From: Chiloscyllium plagiosum
Lineage: Eukaryota
Direction: 5' to 3'
Assembly: GCF_004010195.1 (NCBI RefSeq)
Contig: NC_057719.1
Span: 65,033,866 to 65,097,865, forward strand
DNA length: 64,000 nucleotides
In this document: piece by piece, positions 50,646-62,219 of the stretch
How positions within the stretch are numbered: position 1 is the first letter of the stretch
How the letters are laid out: every line of letters begins with the position of its first letter
Made by a program: the position numbers and the translations under genes
The notes under the pieces: generated by a model
What the model saw: only the letters and a program-made list of their open reading frames with translations
Database searches by the model: none
Told to the model about the DNA's origin: nothing

Positions 50646-53600
50646 ATATCCCAAAGTAGATCAGACCTCATTACCTCCTTCTATTTATTTCTGAAGACTG
50701 TACTCACAGGTCACAGGATGCAGCCCTTGACTTACAATGCATGATAGCCAGGTGTGCCAACTAGCTGTAGTTACATAAGGATCTGGAGTGAAATAGAGCC
50801 TTATGATTAAACTCATCAGTATCTATATGTCCCTGGCGTTTCTTTGGTACCCTACTAGAATCAGGTCCCTTGCATCCTTCTTATCAAATCTCACATCCAC
50901 TGCCACCGTTAATATCATGGCTAATTAATTTTCACTGGTCTTTGAGCCAATTGCCAGATCTAGTCCTTTGTCATTTCAGTCATTAAGAGATATTTTAATG
51001 TTACAGTTTTGAGGAGCAGATCTACTTAAAGTGAATGAATTTCAATTTATTTTGTATGAAATTGAACTTTTGGCAAACAACTTGAAGAAGTATATATTTT
51101 ACATTTTAGAAGTGACATTTCAACTGGGAGTGAGTGCAATACATCTGTTTTTGGAGAGATTTTTGGCAAATAACTTAGAATGAAATTATCTGGTGTTGCA
51201 GATTTTTCTGGTATTGAGCTGTCAGGCTTGGTTTTGTTGTAAAACGAATGGCGTGTGAAAGACACCGAGTTATTAATGTGCGAATCAGCCAGAAAACTGT
51301 AACAAGCAAGTGATAGCTTGTGAACTATGAATCACTACTATGGGTTACTGGATTAATAGTGTCATTCTACTATTAGCTATGCAAAAACAGCATCCCATAC
51401 TTAACCTCTCGATGAGGTTCATCTAGTTGATGTAGGTGCACAATATTGGTTCATTAAAAACGTCACAGAAAGTTATCAGCATACATATCCCACTAACAAT
51501 GCGATAATTGTAAGAAATAAACAAAACCCTCTTGTGGCCAGAGTGTCTTATGCCATTCATTTAATTTCAAATGGTTTTAAGATGGAAATTTGGTAGTTAA
51601 AATGTATTTTTATTGTTGCTTTCTCTGTGCTCCCTGTATCTCTCTTATTCCAATCTTTCCTTCCCTCTCTGGATTTCTGTTTCTGTACCAGACTGAATTT
51701 TGAATTTGCTTACTCTGAGTTACTCTCCTTCTCATGTTTCCTTTATTTATCACCAAATCAAATAATCACTTTGGTTGAGGGGGTTTACAATTAGATTTTT
51801 CTTTACCAAAAGGTTTCAGATGCTCTGTTGCCTTCACTGTGTCCTTATCATCTTACACTATCAAAAATTAACATCCAATTCTAACCAATGGGTCATGTTG
51901 CACTCTGCCCCATTCCAGGAAAGTCAGGCCCATCACTTTTTTTTTTCTTTTATCTCAACACTTTTTCACAAAACTGAGATCCAGGTTTAGCAAAGCAACT
52001 GTGATAGCCCACTATTCTCATTATATCAGTCTCAAATTTAATTCAGCAACATTTATTTCATTCTCGATAAATAACTTCAAGGTAACATCAACTGAGTGTT
52101 GAAGAAATACAGTCTTTTGGCAAAAACTTTGGAGAGGTTCCAGGATAGACATCAGCCTACATACTGTAAATCATACCTTTTTTTTGTTTGCTGGGCTTGA
52201 GAAAATTCTATGAACAAGAGAAGGCGGAGGGGAAGCATCTTTGAATAAATCATATTTCGGAAATGACAGGAAAAATCTTTACATTGGTGTCTCAGTTCCA
52301 TTAAAACTACACTACACTGGCTACGACTTTAACAAATAAAATACTTCAAGATGTTCTGAGGTAGTGAAAGGCACTATACAAATGCAAATCTTTCCTTATT
52401 CACTTTTCTCTCGAAGGCCTTGGTCACTTCTTATAGTTGGAGTTTAGCAGCCAGTTTGTATGATTACTAATTTGAAAGGTTCGTGACAATCCATAATTTA
52501 AATATTAATAATATACAAACAATATTAATGGAAAGCTAACAGGCCCTACTTTTATTGTTAGCTTGTGTATACTCAACATTTCAGAATACTAATTTTATTT
52601 TTAATAAATGTAATTCCGTGTGCAGTTTATAAATTAATTTCATGATCTTCAATTATGTTCGTTACTGGAGCTTTCTATGACTCAACGTTTTGATTTATGC
52701 TTTATAAAGTAATGGTTCAGTTGGTTTTACTTTTATTTGCTTTTTATAAGTCAGTAAGCAGCAGTAACAAGCAGCTACACATTCTGCTACAATGCTTTTT
52801 TTATAAAGGAAAAATGATTAAACTGAAGTGCAAGACTGGTTGATAAGTAGAGGCAGTGCCTCTCTGAATGGTTACATTGAGTACATCTCCTGTTTAAAAT
52901 GATCATTGAAATTAGCAGCAAAAACTAATGCACATTTTGCGTTTTACTGGCTAATTCAATGGAGGGCAGGAATAAAATAAAAACAAAACATGTTTAGAAA
53001 TCTGGTTTCTGAAGCATGCTGTGCACTTATTATTTTCAGGATCATTTTCCATAAGTTGAAATTTAGTTAGCTTCACGTTTTGTGTCCTTTGTAAGTTACT
53101 AATTAGCAGTAAATCTGAGGTGCTGATTTAATCTATAATAAATCTTTTAGAGATTAGCATCATATATGTTAACAACACAGAATAGTTTTATACAACTTGA
53201 CATTGTTACAAACACAAAAACCTTAGTGGAATTTTTGCTTTCTTGTGGGATCGTACTGCCATTGGCAGGGTGCACGTTTGACAGTAAGTTTATTACAAAA
53301 ACATAAAATGTGGTTTACATTGAACACATAACTCTAGACTGAAAATTGTCCAAAGTCCACTGAGATATATATTTGACACCCACGTTTTAACAGGCTTTAG
53401 TGCATGCATCACCAAAACAAGTAGATGAGACAGGAGATTTGCAGCAATGTAATGTTCTTTTTGTAAATACTGCATTTCAAATTGAATTAATCTGCCTTGA
53501 TGTTAACCGCTATTTATGTGTCATTTTGAAATTCATTTCCGTATGAGGATTTATGAATATATCTGTGCTTTTCTAATTAGTACTGTAGAGTGATTCTATT

Positions 53601-54159
53601 TACCTGAAAGTTCCAAAGTTGGAATCTTCAATCTATTATCATTGATACAGGTAAAAAGGATTATTTGGCTACCTGTCAAGCATTAAAACGTTTATGGTGA
53701 GGGGGTGGGGGGGAGAGAGCGTGGAGGGTTGCATTGTAATCAGACAGTTTTCAGTCATTTCAGTTCATGAAATCTAATCTCATTAAGCTTCCTTATGCAA
53801 GATTGTGCTTGCTTGCTTGTCTGTTTAAGGTTTATTAAAATCTATGTGAAAATGTTTAAGTTTTCCAAAGAAACAAGAAAATAAGGTAGAGACGTTCAAA
53901 GTCAGCTCCAGCTCTCTAAGTTTGGAATGCATCTTTCATATTTGAGTTGATACTTGGCTTTCTACTCGTCAAAAATAGGTTGTCAAGGGTGAGGGAGAGG
54001 AGCATTTTAACCTAAAAATGGTTTGCATGAAAATATGATTCCTAACCTAATCCATCAATTTTTAGCTTTAACTGAGGCAGGATTTGAATGGAAAAGCCAA
54101 GGAGGCAGGTTGGTATTTAAAAAAATGATGATGAGTGTGTAAGCCTCATTGTACACCAA

Positions 54160-54560
54160 CAGTATTATTAGAAAAAGCATTTCAGGATTTTGACCCAGTT
54201 AGTGTGATATAATGATAATTAGTTCCAAGTCAGGCTGCTGTGTGGCTTGGAGGGGACCTTGGAGGTGGTGGTGTTCTCACGCATCTTTTGCTTTGTTTTG
54301 TTAGGTTGTGGAGACTGCAGGTTTGAAGGTGCTGACAAAGGGTGGTCTACAGCAGTGTATCTTATAGATGCTGCCATTGTGTTTTTGGAGGTGAAGGGTG
54401 CTTGTGTGTTTAAGGTGGTGGATGGAGCCCCCAGCATTGTCCTTGGAGGGTAAGCTTCTTGAGTGTTGCTGGAGCTGCACTCAACCAGGCAGGTGGAGAG
54501 TCTTGACTTGTAGATGGTTTACAGGCTTTAGGGAGTCAGGGGATTCTCCTAGCTATCTCG
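54160..54560 (-). mobile_element. CR1-like LINE 3' region (19280 family)
   Basis: ccaagtcaggctgctgtgtggcttggaggggacctt.gaggtggtggtgttc. Confidence 0.6.
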
Positions 54561-54639
54561 TATCTCTGTTGAGTGATTATGCTTTTTCCGTGAATTTCAA
54601 CTGTGCCTGGTTGAGCTGTTTGAATTCACCATGATAACT

Positions 54640-54860
54640 AAACCGGATCCTGTCCTGAACTGATCTGATTATGTGCACAGTTCTGGTAATTGTCACAGAA
54701 GGGTAAGTGGGCAAGAAGCCCAGGCAATTTTTCCTGTGTCTGATCTGGGGAATGCAATAGTCAAATATTGCTCCCCTGCTGTTAGTTTGGCTGATATCAA
54801 CTAACTCTAACTGTGCAATGATTGAACTTTAAACCATGTCTGGCTGCATTATTGCCAGAT
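54640..54860 (-). mobile_element. LF-SINE-like ancient SINE fragment
   Basis: gatcctgtcct..ggctgatatcaactaactc..gattgaac resembles the reverse complement of LF-SINE-type elements; recognised from memory only. Confidence 0.4.
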
Positions 54861-55717
54861 GGTTAATTTATCCACTTACACTTTGTTTCTGTTTTAAATC
54901 TGAAGAAATAAGGGAACCTTGATTGAATTTTAGGCAGGAAAATGTCACCACCTTTAAAAAGTTTATTACTAAACATTAGATACTGTTCTCTCTGGATTCC
55001 TTGGGACCAAGTTATTCCTGCATTTCAAAACTTTCCAGAATGTAGAATGACAATAAGGCTTCTAACCACAAGTGCACAAACTGGAAAATAGGGTAGAAAT
55101 AAATATTTACGTGAAACATAAAACTATGGTAAAGCATTTTAAAGCCCTTAGAAAAATGTTTCAATTCCCAAAATATTGTAATTTCCATTCTTCCAATAAC
55201 AAAACAGAGCCCAAGTGGCTGACTGGTGAGTCTGAGAGTTATTTGTAACTCAAGATATTAATGACTGAAAGTGTCCGAACAATAGTTCAGATTTTCCACT
55301 GGCCAGAGTCATTATGCCAATGTAGATGGGAGTTATGCATGGTGATCCTGTGGATCATTCTAGCAGACCCCTTACGAAACTGAATGTTCCTCTACATGTG
55401 GAACCCTCTGAGAGTCTCCATAAAAACCAAACTTCAGATGGTTCTGAATTGAAGAGTTACTCAAGAAAATTTGGACTATTAAATACATAGTCTAACTCCT
55501 GCATAATTACTGAACCGACCTTGTGCTCACCCCACACACCTCCAACTATACCACCTGCCCCCACCCCCAAATCCTGGTCTGATGCCACAGAGACATCAGC
55601 ATTGTGCCACAAAGCCCTTTTCAGCCCATATATACTTACCTTTTCACAGTCAAAGGCAAAAAAAAATCAAAAAGCAAGTATAACTGAGGGAGACTGGAGA
55701 CTCTTCTTGGATCTGTG

Positions 55718-56980
55718 AAAGAACAAAGAAAGTTTACAGCCCAGGAACAGGCCCTTCGGCCCTCCAAGCCTGAATTGATCCAGATGTACTGTTTAAACCT
55801 GTCGGTCATTTCCTAAACATTTGTATCCCTCTGCTCCCCACCTACTCATGCATCTGTCCAGACGCATCTTAAATGAATCTACCCTGCCTGCCTCTACCAT
55901 CTCTGCTGGCAACGCGTTCCAAATGCCCACCACCCTCTGTATAAAGTACTTGCCACATATTTCCCCCTTAAACTTTCCACCTCTCACCTTGAAAACATGG
56001 CCTTTCGTTATTGAATCCTTCACCTTGGGGAAAAGCTTGTCTCTATCCACCCTGTCTATACCCTTCATGATTTTGTAAACTTCAATCAGGTCCCCCCTCA
56101 ATTTCCTTTTTTCTAATGAAAATAAACCTAACCTACTCAACCTCTCTTCATAGCTAGCACCTTCCATACCAGGCAACATCCTTGTAAACCTTCTCTGCAT
56201 TCTCTCCAAAGCGTTCACATCCTTTTGGTAATGTGGCGACCAGAACTGTACACAGTATTCTAAATGCAGCTGAACCAATGTCTTGTACAATGTTACCATG
56301 ACTTGCCAGCTCTTATACTCAATACCCCGTCCAATGAAGGCAAGCATACCATATGCCTTCTTGACCACTCTATCCATCTGTGCAGAAACCTTCAGGGTAC
56401 AATGGACCTGCACTCCCAAATCTCTCTGCCCATCAACTTTTCCCAAGGCTCTTCTGTTCATTGTATAGTTCACTCTAAAATTAGTCTTGCCTAAATGAAT
56501 CACTTCACATCTGTCTGGACTGAAAGCCATCTGCCACTTTTTCACCCAACTCTCCACTCTACCTATATTCTCCTGTATTCTCTGACAGTCCCTTATGCTT
56601 TCTGCTACTCCACCAATCTTCGTGTCATCTGCAAACTTGCTGATCATACCAACAGTGCCCTCTCCCAGATCATTTATGTATTTTACAAGCAACAGTGGCC
56701 CCAACACTGACCCCTGTGGAACACCACTGGTCACCTTTCTCCATTTCGAGAAACTCCCTTCAACTACTACTCTCTGTCTCCTGTTGCTCAACCAGTTCTT
56801 TATCCATCTAGCTAGAACACCCTGCACACCATGTGACTTCACTTTCTCCATTAGTCTCCAATGGGGAACCTTATTAAATGCCTTACTAAAGGCATTTAAT
56901 GTCCATGTATATGACATCAGCATCCCTTCCTTTATCTCTCAACTTGGTCATTTACTCGAAGAACTCTATTAAGTTGGTAA
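55718..56980 (-). mobile_element. Young 5'-truncated CR1 LINE
   Basis: Uninterrupted RT C-terminal ORF plus a short 3'UTR ending in a ttctttgttctt tail at about 55718-55730. Confidence 0.95.
55793..56923 (-). CDS. CR1 ORF2 fragment (RT domain and C-terminus), 376 aa open, no endonuclease domain
   Basis: FSKAFNKVPH, SGVPQGSVLGP, SKFADDTKI, HLEYCVQFWSP, RGDLIEVYKIMKG, RVVGIWNALP. Confidence 0.85.
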   Translation of the reverse strand: MLMSYTWTLNAFSKAFNKVPHWRLMEKVKSHGVQGVLARWIKNWLSNRRQRVVVEGSFSKWRKVTSGVPQGSVLGPLLLVKYINDLGEGTVGMISKFADDTKIGGVAESIRDCQRIQENIGRVESWVKKWQMAFSPDRCEVIHLGKTNFRVNYTMNRRALGKVDGQRDLGVQVHCTLKVSAQMDRVVKKAYGMLAFIGRGIEYKSWQVMVTLYKTLVQLHLEYCVQFWSPHYQKDVNALERMQRRFTRMLPGMEGASYEERLSRLGLFSLEKRKLRGDLIEVYKIMKGIDRVDRDKLFPKVKDSITKGHVFKVRGGKFKGEICGKYFIQRVVGIWNALPAEMVEAGRVDSFKMRLDRCMSRWGAEGYKCLGNDRQV

Positions 56981-58134
56981 TATTAAGATGTGAATCTCTC
57001 TTTTGCGAAAAAAGAAGGGCTGGAATGGCAAACTGTGTGAGATTGGCACTCCCCTGATAATCTGGCCCAACTGATTTCCAGATGATAGAGGTTACAGTAT
57101 AATAAACTTTAGAATATAGCACACCAGGAATAATACTTTATTTGTAATTGTCTCATAACCTAGCTGTAAAGTTCCACCACAGTTATGTCAGTTAAATACA
57201 TATCAGGTATACTCTTTGTATGCAAATACACCATTCACATATGAATTGGGATTAATGACCTGATGTTATAGGTGGATAGAAGTCCCATTTTACACATTTG
57301 CCTCCAGTGAAATGAGATTGAAGGAATTCCAAGCTAGGATGTCTAATTAAAAGGCTCTTTCCAAACAAAATGGTAAAGTATTGGACTCAATTATACATGG
57401 TTTGTTTTTTCAGTTCCCGGAAGGAAAAACGCTGTCAATGTAGTGAATGAGACATACTGGTCCAATTTGTCTTGTATACTTCAAATTGGGGAATAGTATG
57501 ACCAGTGCATGCATTCCTAACTATTATAAATTTCCGACTGGTTTATCCCTCTGTGTGGTTAATAAATAGTCACAATTTGAGAAAATGATTAACTTTTCCT
57601 TCCCTATTTAGTATTCCCCCAGGTACCCTTCACTTTTTTGAAGAATAAATGGTTATTACAGTGTAAATCCATAGATCCTCCAATGACTAAATTTCTAAGT
57701 GTAAGCTTCGATAGTGACTGAAATATTTTTTTAAAAATCTTTACAGATGTTGCCTGGCTTGTTCAGCGTTCCTAGCATTTTGTTTCAGACTTTAATAATT
57801 CTGTGTTCACTTAAAGTAAATCCAGAAACTGTTGACTTTTATTGAACAAGCAAATTTTGCTTAAAAGATAGTTTGGGCTCATTGGGTTACAATGGACATG
57901 AGGTTTCCCTACGCAAGTTATTACGTCTACAAATATGTCGGAGGCAAGCCCAGTTGATGAAGTGAAAATGGATAAACAAGTTTCAAACTGTCTTGGAAGC
58001 TGCTTTGTAGATCTTTGCCTTGCTTCAATACATTTAGGAGAAGTTGTTGAATTTCACCTCTGTAATTTCACGTGAATGCAAAAGATGCAACTCCATGAGA
58101 CTAATTCAAAGAAAATTTGGGACTGATATCACAA

Positions 58135-58305
58135 AAAAAGATAATTTGTTCATGATCACATTGTTGTTTGTGGAACTTTGCTTTTATAGATTGGATAGCC
58201 TATTTCCATCATTACAACAATGACTACAATTCAAAAGTATGTTAGTTAGCAATAAAGATGCTTTGTGATGTTGTGAAGTCATGAAAGGTGTTATATAAAT
58301 GAAAA
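58135..58305 (+). mobile_element. SacSINE1-like SINE 3' part
   Basis: cattgttgtttgtggaactttgc..cattacaacaatgactaca..gctttgtgatgt..gaaaggtgttatataaatg, the reverse complement of the 14065 copy. Confidence 0.6.
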
Positions 58306-58544
58306 CTTTTTGTTCTCTGTTTGGAATGTGGAATTAAAGTTGCAAAATTGAGGGGAAGAGATGCTTTTTGCAAGATTTTCTCTGTTCTTTGGCCAATCTC
58401 TTAATGCAGTTAGGTCCATAGTTGTGCCTTGCTCTTACTTGGACTATGACTGCTTGACACTTGTGGGGTGGACTGAGCAAAAATGGAATGCAAATTCCTT
58501 GAAACCAGTTCGAAATGCCTGCAGCATTTCTCAAAAATATATTC

Positions 58545-58850
58545 AGTCGTGGGGTGTAGGCATTGCTGCCTCACAAACAATCATTACCCATCTGCAATTG
58601 CCCTTGAGAAGGTGGTGGTGAGCTGCCTGCTTGAACTGCTGCAGTCCAGTTGCTGTGGTTTGACCCACAATGCCCACTGGGAGGAACTTTTGGGATTTTG
58701 ATCTGGTGACAGTGAAAGGATGATGATGTATTTCCAAGTTAGGATGGTGACTGGCTTGGAGAGGAACACCATGGAATGTCAAGAGGTGATAGTTAGATTA
58801 TCTCTTATTGGAGATGGTCATTGCCTGGCATCTGTGTGGTGTGAATGCTA
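58545..58850 (-). mobile_element. CR1-like LINE 3' end (19280 family)
   Basis: attgcccttgagaaggtggtggtgagctgc..ttccaagttaggatggtg; KPVTILTWKYI on the minus strand. Confidence 0.7.
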
Positions 58851-59808
58851 CAATATGTGAATCCACATCTGTGGCTGAGTCTTTTTGGTTACATTTCCAC
58901 TTCAAGATTTTCACACCAGAGGAATTTATCATTGTGTTGTTGAGGGATGTAATGCTTAATTGGAAATATTTCTGGAAAATAAGTTAATCTTCAAGTATGA
59001 ATATCGGTCACCAGCTTGGTGATGCAGGCACGACTGGCCAAACAGCTTACTCTCATTCCTATTTCTTTCTTCTTATGGTCTTAACTTGCACCTGGCATGA
59101 ATCTGTAACTTCCTGTGAGAGGAGCTAATGGCAGCAGCTGTATTGTGTGCTGATTATCAGAAATAGCTCACCTGATTGGGTTAAGACTGACATCTTTACG
59201 AGCTCTCAGTGTAACTTAATTTCCCTTTGATGAAATTTATGTGCATGTGACAATTTGTGAACATAGCGGATGAGAAACAGATATATTTTGCTGAAGATTT
59301 CTGGAGAAGCCAAGCAGACAAGACGGATTGCCGTAGAGCTATGATAACACAAGAGAATTGAATTCCAAATTATCCTATTTTTCTAAGCTTAATCGCATTG
59401 TTAAAAGCTGAATTTCCATTTCGATTTCAGTATCGTTGAAAGGGTTGTATGGCAAAGGAAGTGTGGAACTCTTGTTACCTAATCATAGGCAGGAAATTAA
59501 TGAGCCCTGAAATTGCAGTTCAGTCATGTTTCATGGTACAGTGGACAAATTGGAAGAGCACAAAGGATAGGAAATACAAAGTGACCAGAGTTATGGGATG
59601 TCAGAGGCCCTGGACAAGCTAAACCAGAACTGATCTGCAGTAAAGTGATCTCATTAAACCTAGAGATAATAGGATTGTGTGAAGTAACAACTGAGGCTGC
59701 ATATTCATTGTGAGTATTTCTTCTGTGGCATTTTCATATTAATTTTTTGAAGGTGCACAAAGACATGTGGACATGTACAGAGCCATTTCCAGGTACTTTG
59801 AACAAATA

Positions 59809-59904
59809 GGATTCGCCTGAAGAAGGGCTCATGCCCGAAACATCGATTCTCCTGTTCCTTGGATGCTGCCTGACCTGCTGTGCTTTTCCAGCAACACATT
59901 TTCA
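59809..59904 (+). mobile_element. Single-arm Penelope-like element (family A) with hammerhead motif and 14-bp TSD
   Basis: TSD actttgaacaaata at 59795-59808 and 59905-59918. CTGAAGA-A-GGGC-tcat-GCCC-GAAAC-ATC at 59817-59844. Confidence 0.8.
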
Positions 59905-60094
59905 ACTTTGAACAAATAACAAAGGATAAAATTCCTTTTTGGATTGCATTTGCTGGGATTTAACTATTAAAAAGCTGATGATATGAGTCCTCTTTCCCAT
60001 GATAACTTTCCCTTTAAGGAAACATAAATAATGTACTGAGTAGTTTCAGAGACTTGAGGGAGCGATGTAAGGTAAAGTGTTTATATTAATGTAT

Positions 60095-60199
60095 AAATAA
60101 ATGGTCTATATTATCAGTGGTGCAACCTGACTACCAAAATTGCAAAGGGATGATTTTATGTTTAAACCTCATGTAAAATCATGCCCTGTACATAGTTAG
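60095..60199 (+). repeat. 105-bp perfect direct repeat, copy 1
   Basis: Identical by eye to 61652-61756. Confidence 0.92.
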
Positions 60200-61039
60200 A
60201 TAACAATTTTCAACAAAAGGAAATGTTGACTAACATCCTGTTTTCCATGGACTCCATCAATTCTAATGCCAATAATAATGAAATAACAATCACAGGCAAT
60301 AATAACAGAATTCTTTCAAATACATATTTTCTTGAAATATAGCCCTTTGAATTGAAAGGAAGCTAGTGACTTGGAAGGTGGAGTGTGCAGACAATTTGGT
60401 GATGACAGATGCCATGTTATATATGCATAATGGAACACTTGACATACACTTGGAAACCCTCTCTGAAATAAACCTCTGTAAATCTGCATAATATTATGCA
60501 TCAGCATTGTGGTGGTAGCATGTAACATCTGCACAGCAGCAACTCACCAAGGCTTGCTTGATATTATTTAATTTTCACAAGGTAATTCCCTCTGAACTAC
60601 CAACATAGCAAGAGGGTTGGGGTAGTTTCACTACTCAGACTTCAAAGGTTAAAGAAGAACCATAATACCTTTTTCAGATTCAATGTTGAGTGGATAATCA
60701 ATGCAAGTTTCACTTGTTGATAACCATATCCTGGAAATGAACATTTAAAAGAAACATTTCTTATGGAATAATTCAGAGGTCCCAAGTTATTCTTGACTAA
60801 AGCTATTGAATATATTCATGTGATTTATCATCTTGAGACAGAATCAAAAGTTATTGCCAGACAAATAAGTATATCAGGCATGGTTTAAAAACAATTTGCC
60901 CTAATGAGTCCCATTTTATCACCACACAGTGCAAGCGTTTGGCTAAAACTGGAGAACAAGAGAAACAGATTTTCTATATCAGCAAACTGAATTTCAGAAT
61001 TCAAATTCAGGTTAATTAATTGCCTTCAACAGCAGACCT

Positions 61040-61258
61040 TTCAAGACCTCTGGAGACCAGTTGAGATCGGACCAGCCGGGTTGAGACTGGTTGAAACTGG
61101 TCAAGACTGAACCAGACCAGTTGAGACTGAACCAGACCAGTTGAAACTGCTCAAAACTGGGATCAGTTGAAACCAGACCAGATTGGTTGAGACTGGACCA
61201 GATCAGACCAGACCGGTCAAAACTGAATCTGACCAGTTGAGATTGGACTAGACTGGTT
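61040..61258. repeat. Degenerate minisatellite with 5/10/20-bp periodicity
   Basis: Units such as gagactggtt, cagaccagtt and gagactgaac; the 20-mer agactgaaccagaccagttg occurs twice at 61104-61143. Confidence 0.85.
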
Positions 61259-61651
61259 TCTAACTTACAGCAAATTAAAGACTGTTCTCAATAGCATTTT
61301 CTCACAAACATATTATGAAATGATGAGAGAATTGCTGATATCGGTGCATTGTGATCTAGGCCGCTTTCTCTTTACATCCCTAAGTATATCAAAGCAGATT
61401 TGTGTATCATTTCAATTATTTAAGCAAGGACAAAATCTTCCAGCAAATCACTTCAAATTATGATTCTAGCCTAAGTTTTATGTGCAAGTTACATTTTATG
61501 GTGGAAAGCAAGACAGGTCTTTGTTTGTACTATGATTAGATTTGTGAGGTCATTATCTTTCAGCACAAGTACTTTTTTTTAAAGACACAATCAACAAGTT
61601 AAAAAATGCTTCAGTAAATTTGTTGCATCGTACAAAAAGATGATTGCCTTC

Positions 61652-61756
61652 AAATAAATGGTCTATATTATCAGTGGTGCAACCTGACTACCAAAATTGC
61701 AAAGGGATGATTTTATGTTTAAACCTCATGTAAAATCATGCCCTGTACATAGTTAG
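61652..61756 (+). repeat. 105-bp perfect direct repeat, copy 2
   Basis: Identical by eye to 60095-60199. Confidence 0.92.
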
Positions 61757-61998
61757 TCAAGCTGCAGAGCTATGGCAAACATCAGAAACCATTTTTAAGC
61801 TAAAGACTACTTTGAGAAACATGATATCAGATTGTTTGTTGTTTACATATTTTGCTTAATTCAAGTTGTCCCTTCAGTTTCTTGTACAATTCTCTAAAGA
61901 TTGTGCCATCAAATGGTGTTCACTTACTCCATTTGAACTAAGATGTGTTGGGGGATCATCTGGACTTCTTTGAGTTTTCCAACCCTCCATTTATTTGG

Positions 61999-62219
61999 TT
62001 AAAAATCACATAACACCAGGTTATAGTTCAACAGGTTTAATTGGAAGCACTAGCTTTTGGAGCGACGCTCCTTCATCAGGTTCAGCACAACTACCTGATG
62101 AAGGAGTGGTGCTCCAAAAGTTAGTGCTTCCAATTAAACCTGGTGGACTATAACCTGGTGTTGTGTGATTTTTAACTTTGTCTACCCCAATCCAACACCG
62201 GCATCTCCAAATCATGACT
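61999..62219. mobile_element. Palindromic Penelope-like element (family B) with two hammerhead motifs and 13-bp TSD (1 mismatch)
   Basis: Arms at about 61998-62081 and 62093-62176. Minus strand CTGATGA-A-GGAGC-gtc-GCTCC-AAAA-GCTA (62051-62079). Plus strand CTGATGA-A-GGAGT-ggt-GCTCC-AAAA-GTTA (62095-62123). TSD tcc(a/c)tttatttgg at 61986-61998 and 62220-62232. Confidence 0.82.

Noticed and set aside
57735..57790. Additional Penelope-like fragment
   Set aside because: Resembles the 3' part of the 41512 element but is too short and lacks the ribozyme motif.
61040..61258. CRISPR-like array
   Set aside because: No unique spacers between constant repeats, no cas genes, and a vertebrate context.
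60095..61756. LTR retrotransposon or TRIM bounded by the 105-bp repeats
   Set aside because: No TG..CA termini, PBS, PPT or outer TSD seen; the interior is old mixed sequence.
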